A stretch of DNA of 34,103 bases from Candidatus Micrarchaeota archaeon (GCA_040754495.1 JBFMCO010000005.1:1-34103), one strand, 5' to 3'; shown: positions 1 to 9,266, counted from the stretch's first letter. The notes: generated by a model from the letters alone, not told the origin. Translations and numbers: made by a program.

Positions 1-124
1 GGAGGTCTACAACTCAAAGCGGCTGCACTCGTCGATAGGATATGTGCCGCCCAATGAGTTTGAGGTGAGATTTTTAAACGGGAATGTGGCTTAACTGGTT
101 GTCTACAAATAGGGGTTCACTCCA
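1..124 (+). mobile_element. Right end of an IS3-family insertion sequence (transposase C-terminus plus right inverted repeat)
   Basis: Frame 2..94 reads EVYNSKRLHSSIGYVPPNEFEVRFLNGNVA*, the YN-x2-R-x-H-S-x2-GY-x2-P-x2-FE tail of IS3-family DDE transposases. It is followed by TGTCTACAAATAGGGGTTCACTCCA ending in CA at 124 (reverse complement TGGAGTGAACCCCTATTTGTAGACA, resembling IS150-type ends). Confidence 0.85.
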
Positions 125-145
125 CTTAATGAGGTTCATTTCCCG

Positions 146-1135
146 ATGCAGCTCATCATAAACGACCATGCCGCATTCCTTGGAAAGCATTCGGAACTCT
201 TTTATGTCCGCATCCCGGGAAAGCCAGAGCAGGAATTCGCGGCCGACAAGGTCGAGCAAATTATTATCTCAGCGGGTTCTTCCGTCTCGGTTGGTGCCGT
301 CCAGCTGGCTATGGAAAAAGAAATCGATATCGTCTATCTTGCATGGAACGGCATGCCAATTGGCAGGGTTTATCCGTGCAAACTCGGAGGCACAACGCTT
401 ACTCGGAAAAAGCAGCTAGAAGCTTATGGAAGCGCGTTATCCACTCTAATAGTGACAACCCTCCTCTCGGCCAAACTTAGAAATCAGGCATATCTACTAA
501 AATCGCTCGCAAAAACACGCAAAGACGTCTTGCTGAGAGAGAACGCAGATAAAATACTGACTGAGGCCGAGAAACTCGCAGCCATGACCGGTCCGCTTGA
601 CACTATCCGCGAGCCCCTTCTAGGCCTAGAGGGTTATTCAGGCAGCGTCTACTGGGATGCTCTCTCGCGTTTAATCCCACTGCCCGGCAGGGATAAAAGT
701 GGCTCAAATCTTGCCAATGCGCTTCTCAACTATGGATATGGGATTCTTTATTCGGAAGTTGAAAAGGCATGTATTATCGCCGGCCTCGACCCTTACCTCG
801 GTTTTCTCCATTCAGACCGCTACGGGAAGCCGTCCATGGTGCTGGACCTTATAGAGGAGTTCCGCCCGGTTATCGTGGACAGGGCTGTTGTCACCCTTTT
901 TGCGCATAATATGATGGCAGAAAAGGACTTCGAGCAAGGAATTGGCACCGGCCGCCTGACAAAATCTGGCAGGGATAAAATACTATCCGCAGTTCTTGAA
1001 CGCTTACATACGAAAATCACGCTGGACGAGGAGCAGGTTGAGCTTCAGGACATAATCCTGAGGCAGGCCCGACAGGTAGCCCATGCCGTACTCGACGAAA
1101 AACAGCGCTTCAGGCCGTTCATCTACAAGTGGTAG
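146..1135 (+). CDS. cas1: CRISPR-associated integrase Cas1
   Basis: 329 aa with LLGLEG, NALLNYGY, GLDPYLGFLH and LDLIEEFRPVIVD motifs; catalytic E/H/D present. Confidence 0.97.
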   Translation: MQLIINDHAAFLGKHSELFYVRIPGKPEQEFAADKVEQIIISAGSSVSVGAVQLAMEKEIDIVYLAWNGMPIGRVYPCKLGGTTLTRKKQLEAYGSALSTLIVTTLLSAKLRNQAYLLKSLAKTRKDVLLRENADKILTEAEKLAAMTGPLDTIREPLLGLEGYSGSVYWDALSRLIPLPGRDKSGSNLANALLNYGYGILYSEVEKACIIAGLDPYLGFLHSDRYGKPSMVLDLIEEFRPVIVDRAVVTLFAHNMMAEKDFEQGIGTGRLTKSGRDKILSAVLERLHTKITLDEEQVELQDIILRQARQVAHAVLDEKQRFRPFIYKW

Positions 1136-1136
1136 C

Positions 1137-1421
1137 ATGCTCTACTGGATAATCTATGACATAAGCAACGACAAGGCAAGGGGCCGGGTCGCGGAAAAAT
1201 GCAAAAACTACGGCCTCAGCCGCGTTCAGAAAAGCTCCTTCCTGGGCTTTCTATCACCTAACAAAGCCGAGATGCTTGCCCTGGAATTCGACGAACTGCT
1301 CTCAGAAGGGGATGCAGTCTTCATCATCCCGACCTGCCGCTCCTGCGCCAAGGAAAAAATTATTGTCGGCCATCTTGACGAAGAGAAGGTGCGCGAAAGA
1401 GACTTTTATGTGGTGGAGTAA
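1137..1421 (+). CDS. cas2: CRISPR-associated Cas2
   Basis: Start reassigned to ATG 1137, 1 nt after the cas1 stop. YWIIYDIS...RVQKSSF is the Cas2 signature; 94 aa. Confidence 0.95.
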   Translation: MLYWIIYDISNDKARGRVAEKCKNYGLSRVQKSSFLGFLSPNKAEMLALEFDELLSEGDAVFIIPTCRSCAKEKIIVGHLDEEKVRERDFYVVE

Positions 1422-2011
1422 TGCGCTATCCAGAGTTCCTGACGGCAAAAGACCTCATGAACCACCTTTATTGCGAGCGCATACCGTATTTCGAGCATGT
1501 CCTGAAAGTCCCGCAGGTGACTACGAAGAAAGAATACGTAGGACGGACAGCCCACGAAGATTTCAATAAGGAATCAAAACGGCTGAAGCTCGACAAGGCC
1601 TTCGAGGGAATGCAGCGCCATTATGACCTCTTTCTCGAAGATGATGAATTGAATTTCAGGACTATAGTAGACTGCCTTCTTGTGTCCGCGGACGGCTCAA
1701 AAGCGTACGTCCTCCAGATAAAGAATTCCCCCGAACCGCCCGTAATCTACAAAGGTCAGCGCATGCAGCTTGCCGCTGAAGCCTATCTGGTGAGAAAGCT
1801 GCTTCATTATCCCACCTCGCTCGCATTCATAAATTATCTGAAGAGTGACACGATGGTCCGCGTTTATGTCGGTCCTGAAACCGAGGTCCAGCTTAAATCC
1901 ACTTTAGACGTCATCAGAAACAACATCAAATCCGAATCCATGCCCCCACCGACACCTTACAAGAAGAAATGCCCCGATTGCTGCTTCTTCAAAATCTGCA
2001 AAAGGGTGTGA
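1421..2011 (+). CDS. cas4: CRISPR-associated Cas4 (Fe-S RecB-like nuclease) with atypical motifs
   Basis: N-terminal Cys (YCERIPYF), motif II D (IVDC), C-terminal CPDCCFFKIC; start overlaps the cas2 stop. Confidence 0.92.
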   Translation: MRYPEFLTAKDLMNHLYCERIPYFEHVLKVPQVTTKKEYVGRTAHEDFNKESKRLKLDKAFEGMQRHYDLFLEDDELNFRTIVDCLLVSADGSKAYVLQIKNSPEPPVIYKGQRMQLAAEAYLVRKLLHYPTSLAFINYLKSDTMVRVYVGPETEVQLKSTLDVIRNNIKSESMPPPTPYKKKCPDCCFFKICKRV

Positions 2012-2066
2012 AACTCGTTATTCGCCGTATTTTTAATAACTTTCCCGCCTTAATAAGCATGCTGAG

Positions 2067-2942
2067 GTGGGAATAATCTACGTCGATTTCAGGTATGCGG
2101 AGGGAAGCATAAAGAAGGGCTCGAAATCCTTCCACTTCGCCTCGAGGTTCATGGGGCGCGAGAGGAAGAACGCCTTCTACGCCATCTACGCCTTCTGCAG
2201 GCACACTGACAACCTCGTGGACGACAACGAGGGCAACCCGAAGGTCCAGAAAATGCTCATCCGGGACTGGAAGCGGCGCTTCCTGGAGGATTATCGGAAG
2301 GGATACTCCACCGACCCGGTCCTCAATCCGTTCATCTACGTGATGAAGAAATACTCCATGCCGCTGCGCTACCCGCTCGAGCTCATCCGCGGCGTCAGCA
2401 TGGACATCTATAAGAAGGAATACGGCACTTTCGCAGAGCTGCGCAGGTACTGCTTCCGCGTCGCGTCCGTCGTCGGCCTCATGCTGATGTACATATTCGG
2501 CATAGACGACTTCAGGAAGGCCAAGAGGTATGCAATCAAGCTCGGGATAGCCATGCAGCTCACCAACATCCTCCGCGACGTCGGGGAGGACGCCCGCATG
2601 GGCCGCGTGTACTTCCCCCGCGACGAGCTCGCCCGCTTCGGAATCACGATAAGCGACATGCTCTCCCTGAGGAAGACGGAAGGCCTCATCGACTTCCTCA
2701 AGTTCCAGGTCGCGCGCGCAAGGCGCTACTACCGCGAGGCGCTCGCAGGGCTGACCATGATGCACCGGGAAAGCAGGCAGGTGGTCGCGCTCGCCCTGAC
2801 GCTGTACCGGGAAATCCTCACCGTAATAGAGGAGAACGGCTACGAGGTCTTCGCCAAGCGCGCCTACGTGAACACGGTGAGGAAAGTGCTCCTCTACACG
2901 AGGCTCATCATTTTCGGCTATCCACAGCCGGCCCCCGCATGA
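2067..2942 (+). CDS. crtB: Phytoene/squalene synthase family protein
   Basis: KSFHFAS, YAFCRHTDNLVDD and QLTNILRDVGED...GRVYFP motifs; GTG start after a GAGGTG-type RBS. Confidence 0.92.
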   Translation: MGIIYVDFRYAEGSIKKGSKSFHFASRFMGRERKNAFYAIYAFCRHTDNLVDDNEGNPKVQKMLIRDWKRRFLEDYRKGYSTDPVLNPFIYVMKKYSMPLRYPLELIRGVSMDIYKKEYGTFAELRRYCFRVASVVGLMLMYIFGIDDFRKAKRYAIKLGIAMQLTNILRDVGEDARMGRVYFPRDELARFGITISDMLSLRKTEGLIDFLKFQVARARRYYREALAGLTMMHRESRQVVALALTLYREILTVIEENGYEVFAKRAYVNTVRKVLLYTRLIIFGYPQPAPA

Positions 2943-4111
2943 GGGATGATGTGGAGCCTCTCTCCGGGCATCAACTGTCGCTCGATGTCAGCGCCCCGGA
3001 TTTTGGCCATCTCGGGCATCTTGTCATAGACACCGCATACGAGGGGCGCTCGGTTGGCGGCGTGAGAATCCTGCCGGACGTGACGCAGGCAGAAGTCTCC
3101 CACATGGCCCGCCTCATGAGCAAGAAATACCTGTTTTCCGGCCTCCCTTACGGCGGGGCCAAGGCGGGGCTGGTCCTGAAAGGCGCCGCAGCCGAAAACC
3201 GCCGCGGCGCCCTGCTGGCATTCGGCAGCGCAGTCTCCGGCCTGGTAATGGACGGCTACTGGCCCGGCACCGACATGGGCTCAACCCAGGATGACGTCAG
3301 GCTCATTTTCCAGGGCGCGCGCTGCCCGTGGGCGCCGCGCAGCATCCCCCCGACGGATAAATACACCGCATGGGGCGTCATAGAATCGATTGACGCCGCC
3401 ATCGAGCGCAAGGGCATGGGCTGGAGCGGCCTCAGGCTGGCAATCGAGGGCTTCGGAAACGTGGGCTCGTGGGTGGCGCATTACGCGGCCGGGCGCGGCG
3501 CAGTGATAACCGCGGTTTCGAATACGTCCGGAAGCATCTCTGATGCCCGAGGCCTCGATGTCCAGCGGATGCTGCTTCTCAGGAAGAGCCGCGGAAGCGG
3601 ATTCATCAGGGGCTGCGGCTGGAATCCTGCGCCCAAGGAGGCGCTCTTTGGCGCGGACTGCGACGTGCTCGTCCCGTGCGCGAGGACATGGTCAATCGGC
3701 CCCTCTGAGGCGCGCGCCATCAGGGCCCCGGTCGTTGTTTCGGCAGCCAATGTCCCGATGACGATGGCCGAGGAGCATTATCTCGTCCGGAAGGGCGTCC
3801 TCGTGGTGCCGGACGGCATAGCCAACTGCGGAGGCTCGGTCGGCGGCGCCCTCGCAGGCGTCATGCCCGAAGATGACATGCCCCATGTCTTCCGCGGCAG
3901 GTACCGCGAAAGGCTCCATGAGGTCATGGATTCCGCTTCCTGCCTGTCTGAATGGCTGGAATCGTTCTGCCGGAGGAGGAAAGAAGCCCTGGCCGCTAAA
4001 CTCTCCCCGCCGGGCCTTGCCCGCAGGCTTTCAGCCCACATGGAGCAGCACCTGGCCAGTCGTTCCGACACGAAGCGCCGGCTGCTGGACGGGCTCTTCC
4101 CGGAAGAATAA
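2939..4111 (+). CDS. Glu/Leu/Phe/Val dehydrogenase family protein
   Basis: GGVR, MSKK...GGAKAG (catalytic Lys), PGTDMG, IEGFGNVG Rossmann motif, AANVP, VPDGIANCGG; ATGA overlap with crtB. Substrate undetermined. Confidence 0.88.
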   Translation: MRDDVEPLSGHQLSLDVSAPDFGHLGHLVIDTAYEGRSVGGVRILPDVTQAEVSHMARLMSKKYLFSGLPYGGAKAGLVLKGAAAENRRGALLAFGSAVSGLVMDGYWPGTDMGSTQDDVRLIFQGARCPWAPRSIPPTDKYTAWGVIESIDAAIERKGMGWSGLRLAIEGFGNVGSWVAHYAAGRGAVITAVSNTSGSISDARGLDVQRMLLLRKSRGSGFIRGCGWNPAPKEALFGADCDVLVPCARTWSIGPSEARAIRAPVVVSAANVPMTMAEEHYLVRKGVLVVPDGIANCGGSVGGALAGVMPEDDMPHVFRGRYRERLHEVMDSASCLSEWLESFCRRRKEALAAKLSPPGLARRLSAHMEQHLASRSDTKRRLLDGLFPEE

Positions 4112-4127
4112 AAAGGCCGCGAGGCAT

Positions 4128-4754
4128 ATGTCAATGGTGGAAATCGTTCTCAGGGAATACCGGCCGGAGGACGCGCCGGAAATCGTCGACGTCTTCAGGG
4201 ACGCCTGCAATGCGCTGCGAAAGAGCCGGGGCGGCGCGCATCCAGACGAGGACATAGACCGGTTCACGGGGAAGAGCGACGCCGAGCTACTGGAAATCCT
4301 GGAGCGCGGGGCGAGGATAACCGTCGCGGAAGTGAAGGGCACCGGCAGGCTCGCCGGTATCGGCGCTATAACCGTGGACCGGGTCGCAAGGCTCATTGGC
4401 TCCACGTACAGCAAGGACCATTACGTGCGCGAGGAGTTCCAGCGCGGGAAAGCCGGGGTGAGCGTGGGGCGGATGCTGCGCGAGGCGACGCTGAAAGCGG
4501 CCCGGGACATGGGCTTCAGGAAGCTATACGGGTATTCCACGCCTGAAGCAACCGGATTCCATGCCAAATTCGGCGCAATATTCCATCCAGGGCACGACAG
4601 CACATACATGGGGGGCGTGCGCATCCTCTATTATGAGACCGAACTCAGGAAAAGCCGCCTGAACGCCATCCGTATCGAGCCCTACGTCTTCAAGATAGGG
4701 CGGTTCATTTCCCAGCTGAAGCTGGTGGCCGAGGCAAGGCTTGCGCGAAGATGA
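4128..4754 (+). CDS. GNAT-family N-acetyltransferase
   Basis: Start reassigned to ATG 4128. LREYRPED start, YVREEFQRGKAGVSVGRML (motif A-like) and ATGFHAKFG (motif B-like). Confidence 0.75.
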   Translation: MSMVEIVLREYRPEDAPEIVDVFRDACNALRKSRGGAHPDEDIDRFTGKSDAELLEILERGARITVAEVKGTGRLAGIGAITVDRVARLIGSTYSKDHYVREEFQRGKAGVSVGRMLREATLKAARDMGFRKLYGYSTPEATGFHAKFGAIFHPGHDSTYMGGVRILYYETELRKSRLNAIRIEPYVFKIGRFISQLKLVAEARLARR

Positions 4755-4827
4755 CACTTCGACGCCCGACGATGCGCCCAGCGTCAATCGCTAATGTTTT
4801 TAATCACATGCAGCCCCCTAAATCATC

Positions 4828-5913
4828 ATGCGCATTGTCCTGAAGCTAGGCAGCTCCCTGCTCAACGGGGGTATGGGCCTCAACAACATCTACATAGACG
4901 CGCTCGCCAGCCAGATCATGGACATGGGGGAGCACGAGTTCGCGATAGTGACATCCGGGGCAATCTCCACCGGGATGAGGAAGCTCGACATCAAGGAGAA
5001 ACCGAAGGACGTTGCCATGCTCCAGGCCCTCGCCGCGGTCGGCCAGAGCGACCTGATGCACGCCTACGAGAACGCGTTCGAGGACAGGCGGACTCTAGCC
5101 CAGGTCCTGCTCACGAACCACGACTTCTCGGACAGGATGAAGTACCTCAATATCCGCAACACGCTCAATACGCTGATGTCCCGGAAGGTCATACCGATAA
5201 TAAACGAGAACGACACGGTCACCGTCATGGACATCAAAAAGTCCGCGTTCGGGGACAACGACACCCTCGCGGCGCACGTGGCGGTGGCGATAGACGCAGA
5301 CCTCCTCGTGATATTCACGAACGTGGACGGGCTTTACGACCGCAACCCCGGTGAAGAGGGGGCCAAGCTCATCCGGACGGTCAGGAGCGTCACCGATGCC
5401 GAGCTTTCCATGTGCAACGGCGTGAGCACCGCGGGGCGGGGCGGGATGGCAGCCAAGCTCAGGGCGGCCAAGATAGCGACCGAGGCCTCGGTGAGGGTGG
5501 TCGTGGCGAACGGCACCGCGAAGGACGCGCTCAAGCTGGCCATAGAGGGCCGGACCGGGACGGAATTCCAGCCGGCCGAGCAGGTGCGCCTCAGCGAGAG
5601 GAAGCACTGGCTCGCTTTCGCTTCCGAGCCCAAGGGGCGCATATACGTCAACGAGAATGCGATGCAGTGCGCCATCGGCAAGAACTGCGGCGTCGTCCCT
5701 GCAGACGTGCTCGAGGTGAGCGGGAACTTCGACAAGGGGGATGTCGTGGAAATCGCCTGCAAGGAAGGGAAGGTGCTCTGCAAGGGCGTCACCAACTACT
5801 TCTCGCACGAGCTTGCACGCATAAAGGGCAAGAGCCTCGATGACGCCTTCCAGGAACTAGGATACGCCTACTTCGAGGTCGTGGCCAGCGCGGACATGGC
5901 GGTCGCAGAGTAG
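4828..5913 (+). CDS. proB: Glutamate 5-kinase with PUA domain
   Basis: IVLKLGSS, VTSGAI, QALAAVGQ, PIINENDTV, FGDNDTLAA, GRGGMAAKL and a C-terminal PUA domain. Confidence 0.97.
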   Translation: MRIVLKLGSSLLNGGMGLNNIYIDALASQIMDMGEHEFAIVTSGAISTGMRKLDIKEKPKDVAMLQALAAVGQSDLMHAYENAFEDRRTLAQVLLTNHDFSDRMKYLNIRNTLNTLMSRKVIPIINENDTVTVMDIKKSAFGDNDTLAAHVAVAIDADLLVIFTNVDGLYDRNPGEEGAKLIRTVRSVTDAELSMCNGVSTAGRGGMAAKLRAAKIATEASVRVVVANGTAKDALKLAIEGRTGTEFQPAEQVRLSERKHWLAFASEPKGRIYVNENAMQCAIGKNCGVVPADVLEVSGNFDKGDVVEIACKEGKVLCKGVTNYFSHELARIKGKSLDDAFQELGYAYFEVVASADMAVAE

Positions 5914-5916
5914 TGC

Positions 5917-5950
5917 TGGTTCAGGGTTTGGTGCCAGCGGTTTGGGGGTA
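5917..5950 (-). repeat. Short degenerate 7-bp periodic tract between proB and proA
   Basis: Minus strand reads ...aaccgct ggcacca aaccctg aaccagc, resembling the AACCCGG units at 12933-13023. Confidence 0.35.
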
Positions 5951-5955
5951 GTCAT

Positions 5956-7203
5956 ATGGAAATATCTGCATATATGGAAGGGCTTTACGGGAAGGCTCGC
6001 AAGGCCGGCATGAAGCTTTGCGCGATGAGCGCGGCGGAGAAGAACGCCGTGCTGCTCGGGGTGGCGGGCCTGATAGAGCATGATGCGGAGCGCATCGTGA
6101 AGGCCAACGCCATCGATGTGGATGCCGCGAGGAAGGAGATGACCAAAAGCGAGATAGACCGCCTGCTCCTAACGCCCGAGCGCCTGAAGTCCATAGCATC
6201 GGACGTGCGCGCAGTCGCATCGCTCCGCGACCCGGTCGGCGAGGAGGAGGGCTGGATTGTCCCGAACGGCCTCAGCATCCGGCGCGTCCGCGTGCCTTTC
6301 GGCGTCATAGGCGCGATTTACGAAAACCGCCCGAACGTCACGATTGACATCGCGTCGCTCTGCCTCAAAAGCGGGAACGCGTGCATCCTCCGCGGCAGCG
6401 CGAGCGCGATAAACTCGAACCGGGCCCTCCTGGAGGCGATAACCCCCGCGCTCTCGGAAGCCGGGCTCGATGGCGCTGCGCTCCTTGTGGACACGGCGGA
6501 CCGCGCGGCCGTGGAGCACATGATGAAGGCCCGGGGGAAGCTTGACCTGCTCATCCCGAGGGGCGGGGCCGGGCTCATCCAGCGCACCGTGGAGCAGTCG
6601 AAGGTGCCTGTCATCGAGACCGGGACGGGCAACTGCCATGTTTTCGTGGACGAGAGCGCGGACCTGGACATGGCGGAAAGGATAGTGCTGAACGCCAAAT
6701 GCCAGAGGCCGAGCGTGTGCAACGCCGAAGAGAAGCTGCTCGTCCATCACTCCGTTGCTGATTCTTTCATCCCGCGCATCGCGAAATCCCTGCGCGCAAA
6801 CGGCGTAGAGGTGCGCGGCTGCCCGCTCACGCTCACCATACTTCCGGATGCGAAACCCGCGACAGAGGATGACTGGCCGAGGGAATACCTAGACCTCATA
6901 ATCGCGATAAAGGTCGTGCAGGACGTCGATGAGGCGATTGCGCACATAAACAAGTACAACAGCAAGCACACCGAGGCAATCGTCACCAGGTCATACGAAA
7001 ACGCTGAACGCTTCACCCGGAACATCGACGCCGCCGCGGTCATGGTGAACGCCTCCACCCGCTTCACGGACGGTGGCATGTTCGGCTTCGGGGCCGAAGT
7101 AGGAATCTCCACGCAGAAGCTCCACGCGCGGGGGCCGATGGGCCTGCGCGAGCTGACGACGTACAAGTACGTCGTGCAGGGAAACGGCCACGTCCGCGGC
7201 TAG
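5956..7203 (+). CDS. proA: Gamma-glutamyl phosphate reductase
   Basis: VPFGVIGAIYENRPNVT, LLIPRGG, SVCNAEEKLL (catalytic Cys), MVNASTRFTDGGMFGFGAEVGISTQKLHARGPMGL. Confidence 0.98.
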   Translation: MEISAYMEGLYGKARKAGMKLCAMSAAEKNAVLLGVAGLIEHDAERIVKANAIDVDAARKEMTKSEIDRLLLTPERLKSIASDVRAVASLRDPVGEEEGWIVPNGLSIRRVRVPFGVIGAIYENRPNVTIDIASLCLKSGNACILRGSASAINSNRALLEAITPALSEAGLDGAALLVDTADRAAVEHMMKARGKLDLLIPRGGAGLIQRTVEQSKVPVIETGTGNCHVFVDESADLDMAERIVLNAKCQRPSVCNAEEKLLVHHSVADSFIPRIAKSLRANGVEVRGCPLTLTILPDAKPATEDDWPREYLDLIIAIKVVQDVDEAIAHINKYNSKHTEAIVTRSYENAERFTRNIDAAAVMVNASTRFTDGGMFGFGAEVGISTQKLHARGPMGLRELTTYKYVVQGNGHVRG

Positions 7204-7235
7204 TTGTCTTAAACCCGTCCAGCCCAAGTTAATGC

Positions 7236-8468
7236 ATGGGCACAAACCCTCTGCGGATAATCCGCGAGTTCCTGGAGCTGAAATCGGCCCAGTGGCAGGA
7301 CCGCGACGCCATCCTCAGCCTCCAGTGTAAGCGGCTCGAGGCGCTCCTGCGCTCCGCATTCCGCACGCCGCACTATGCCGCCGCGCTTGCCGGCCTCAGC
7401 CAATCGGAACTGGCGGACGACATCACCTCAGCTCCTTTCACTACTAAGGACGAGGTGCTCGACCGCAGGCGGGATTTCATCTCTTCCGGAGCGACGGACC
7501 TGCTCCGGGTTGAAACCGGGGGGACCGGAGGCGTCCCGCTCACGTTTTTCCGGGACAAGGCGTTCCACGAACACTGCATCGCGCGCGGCCTGTTCCTTGA
7601 AAACGAATTCGGTGCATCCCCTTTCGACCTGCAGGCCTACATACTCGCAAGGCCAGTCCATTCGCGCTTCCCGCTCTACCCCCGCATCAGCCTCTCCACC
7701 TTCGAGCCGGAGGACAAGAACCTGGAGACTGTGAAAAAGCGCGGCGTGAAAATACTCGGCGGGCATACCAACTCGATCGCCATAATGGCCGGCATGAACG
7801 ACGGCTACCGCCTGAAATCCGTCTTCGCGACTGCAGAGACGCTGAGGCCTCGGTCTAGGCGGCTGATTGAGGACTCCTTCTCATGCCGCGTTTTCGACCA
7901 TTATGCGGCTACCGAATTCCACTCGCTGGCCTGGGAGTGCCCGGAGGAGGGCAGCCTGCACGTCAACATAGAATCGTGCCTGGTCGAGATTATCGGCAGG
8001 AACGGCAGGCCGAAAAAGAGCGGGCCCGGAGAAGTAGTCGTCACCGGGCTGCGGAACCTCTCCATGCCTCTTGTGCGCTACCGGCTCGGGGACCTGGCGC
8101 AGTGGGGCCGGGACTGCCCCTGCGGCCGCGGCCTTCCGGTCCTGAAGGCAGTCCTTGGCCGCTCATCCGATACGATACTGCTCCCGAGCGGCCGCCGCAG
8201 GGCCCTCGAGGCGCTCGGCCCGCTTTATAGGCTCCGGGGCATCAGGGCCTACCAGGTGATCCAGGAGAGGCCGGATGCGCTCGCCTTCCGGTACGTACGC
8301 TCTCCAGACTTTTCCAAGGCCACGGAGGAGAGGGTGAGGGAAATCCTCTCAAGGGGCTGCCTCGGCGAGCCTGTCGCGGTCGAATGCGAGGAGGTGGAGC
8401 GGCTTGAAAAAAGCCGCTCCGGGAAGATTCCGGATTTCATATCACGGATAAGGCCGGCTGGCGGCTGA
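7236..8468 (+). CDS. PaaK/CapK/F390-synthetase-like adenylating enzyme 1
   Basis: ETGGTGG (deviant P-loop), DHYAATE, RYRLGD, CPCGR, GRSSD, C-terminal RSGK. Confidence 0.85.
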   Translation: MGTNPLRIIREFLELKSAQWQDRDAILSLQCKRLEALLRSAFRTPHYAAALAGLSQSELADDITSAPFTTKDEVLDRRRDFISSGATDLLRVETGGTGGVPLTFFRDKAFHEHCIARGLFLENEFGASPFDLQAYILARPVHSRFPLYPRISLSTFEPEDKNLETVKKRGVKILGGHTNSIAIMAGMNDGYRLKSVFATAETLRPRSRRLIEDSFSCRVFDHYAATEFHSLAWECPEEGSLHVNIESCLVEIIGRNGRPKKSGPGEVVVTGLRNLSMPLVRYRLGDLAQWGRDCPCGRGLPVLKAVLGRSSDTILLPSGRRRALEALGPLYRLRGIRAYQVIQERPDALAFRYVRSPDFSKATEERVREILSRGCLGEPVAVECEEVERLEKSRSGKIPDFISRIRPAGG

Positions 8469-8507
8469 CGCGTTCCTCTTTTTATTGCTTGCCGCGATAG
8501 CAACATC

Positions 8508-9266
8508 ATGAGAATCGCAATCATCGGAATCGGCAGGCTGGGCGGCGTCTTCGCCCGGGCGCTGGCTAAAAGCCACGAGCTCCTCCTGGTGGACCGCGAC
8601 TTCGAGAACGCCCGCAACGTGGCATCGGAGCTGGGCGCGCAGCCGGTGAAGGACCTATCCCAGGTCGTTTCCTGCGACATGGCCATAATAACGGTCAAGC
8701 CGGCTCACGTCGAGGAGGTCGCGAAGCAGCTCAAAGGCGCCAGCCTGGTCGTCTCGTGCGCGGCCGGAGTCCCCATCAGAAAATTCGAGTCATGGGGCGT
8801 GCCCAGCATCATCCGCGTGATGCCGAACATCTGCGCCGAGGTGGAGGAAGCAGTCATAGCGTACTCGCTCCATCCGGAGACCGAGAGAAAGGAGAAGGTG
8901 TTCCTGACCGCGTTCTCCTCGCTCGGCATGTGCATCAAGACTGACGAAAGCCACCTGGACCCTATCACCGCGACGTCCGGCTCAGGCCCGGCCTTCATCG
9001 CGTTCTTCGCGGAAGCCATGGTCGAGGAGGCCGTGGCGAACGGGCTTTCCCGCGAGACCGCGGAGCGGTGCGTCGCGCAGACCCTGGTAGGCACCGGAAA
9101 GCTCATGCTGTCCGGGTGGAGCGCGAAAAAAGTGATGGATACCGTGGCAAGCCCGGGCGGGACGACTGAAGCAGGCCTGAAGATGCTCGAGCAAAAAAGC
9201 GCGAACAAGGCAATCCACGAGGCAATAAGGTTCGCGACCGCGAAAGCCCGGGAGCTGGGAAAGTAA
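8508..9266 (+). CDS. proC: Pyrroline-5-carboxylate reductase
   Basis: IIGIGRLG, VKP, SCAAGV, IRVMPN, TATSGSGPAF, VASPGGTTEAGL. Confidence 0.96.
   Translation: MRIAIIGIGRLGGVFARALAKSHELLLVDRDFENARNVASELGAQPVKDLSQVVSCDMAIITVKPAHVEEVAKQLKGASLVVSCAAGVPIRKFESWGVPSIIRVMPNICAEVEEAVIAYSLHPETERKEKVFLTAFSSLGMCIKTDESHLDPITATSGSGPAFIAFFAEAMVEEAVANGLSRETAERCVAQTLVGTGKLMLSGWSAKKVMDTVASPGGTTEAGLKMLEQKSANKAIHEAIRFATAKARELGK

Noticed and set aside
2012-2066. CRISPR array or tracrRNA after cas4
   Set aside because: Only 55 bp, containing a TATA-like tract and the crtB RBS; no 25-40 bp repeats with spacers were seen here or anywhere in the window.
4916-5231. Additional TCATGGAC half-sites (in proB; also GTCCATGA in pelota and radA)
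   Set aside because: They are in coding sequence (Met-Asp codons) and lack the partner arm.
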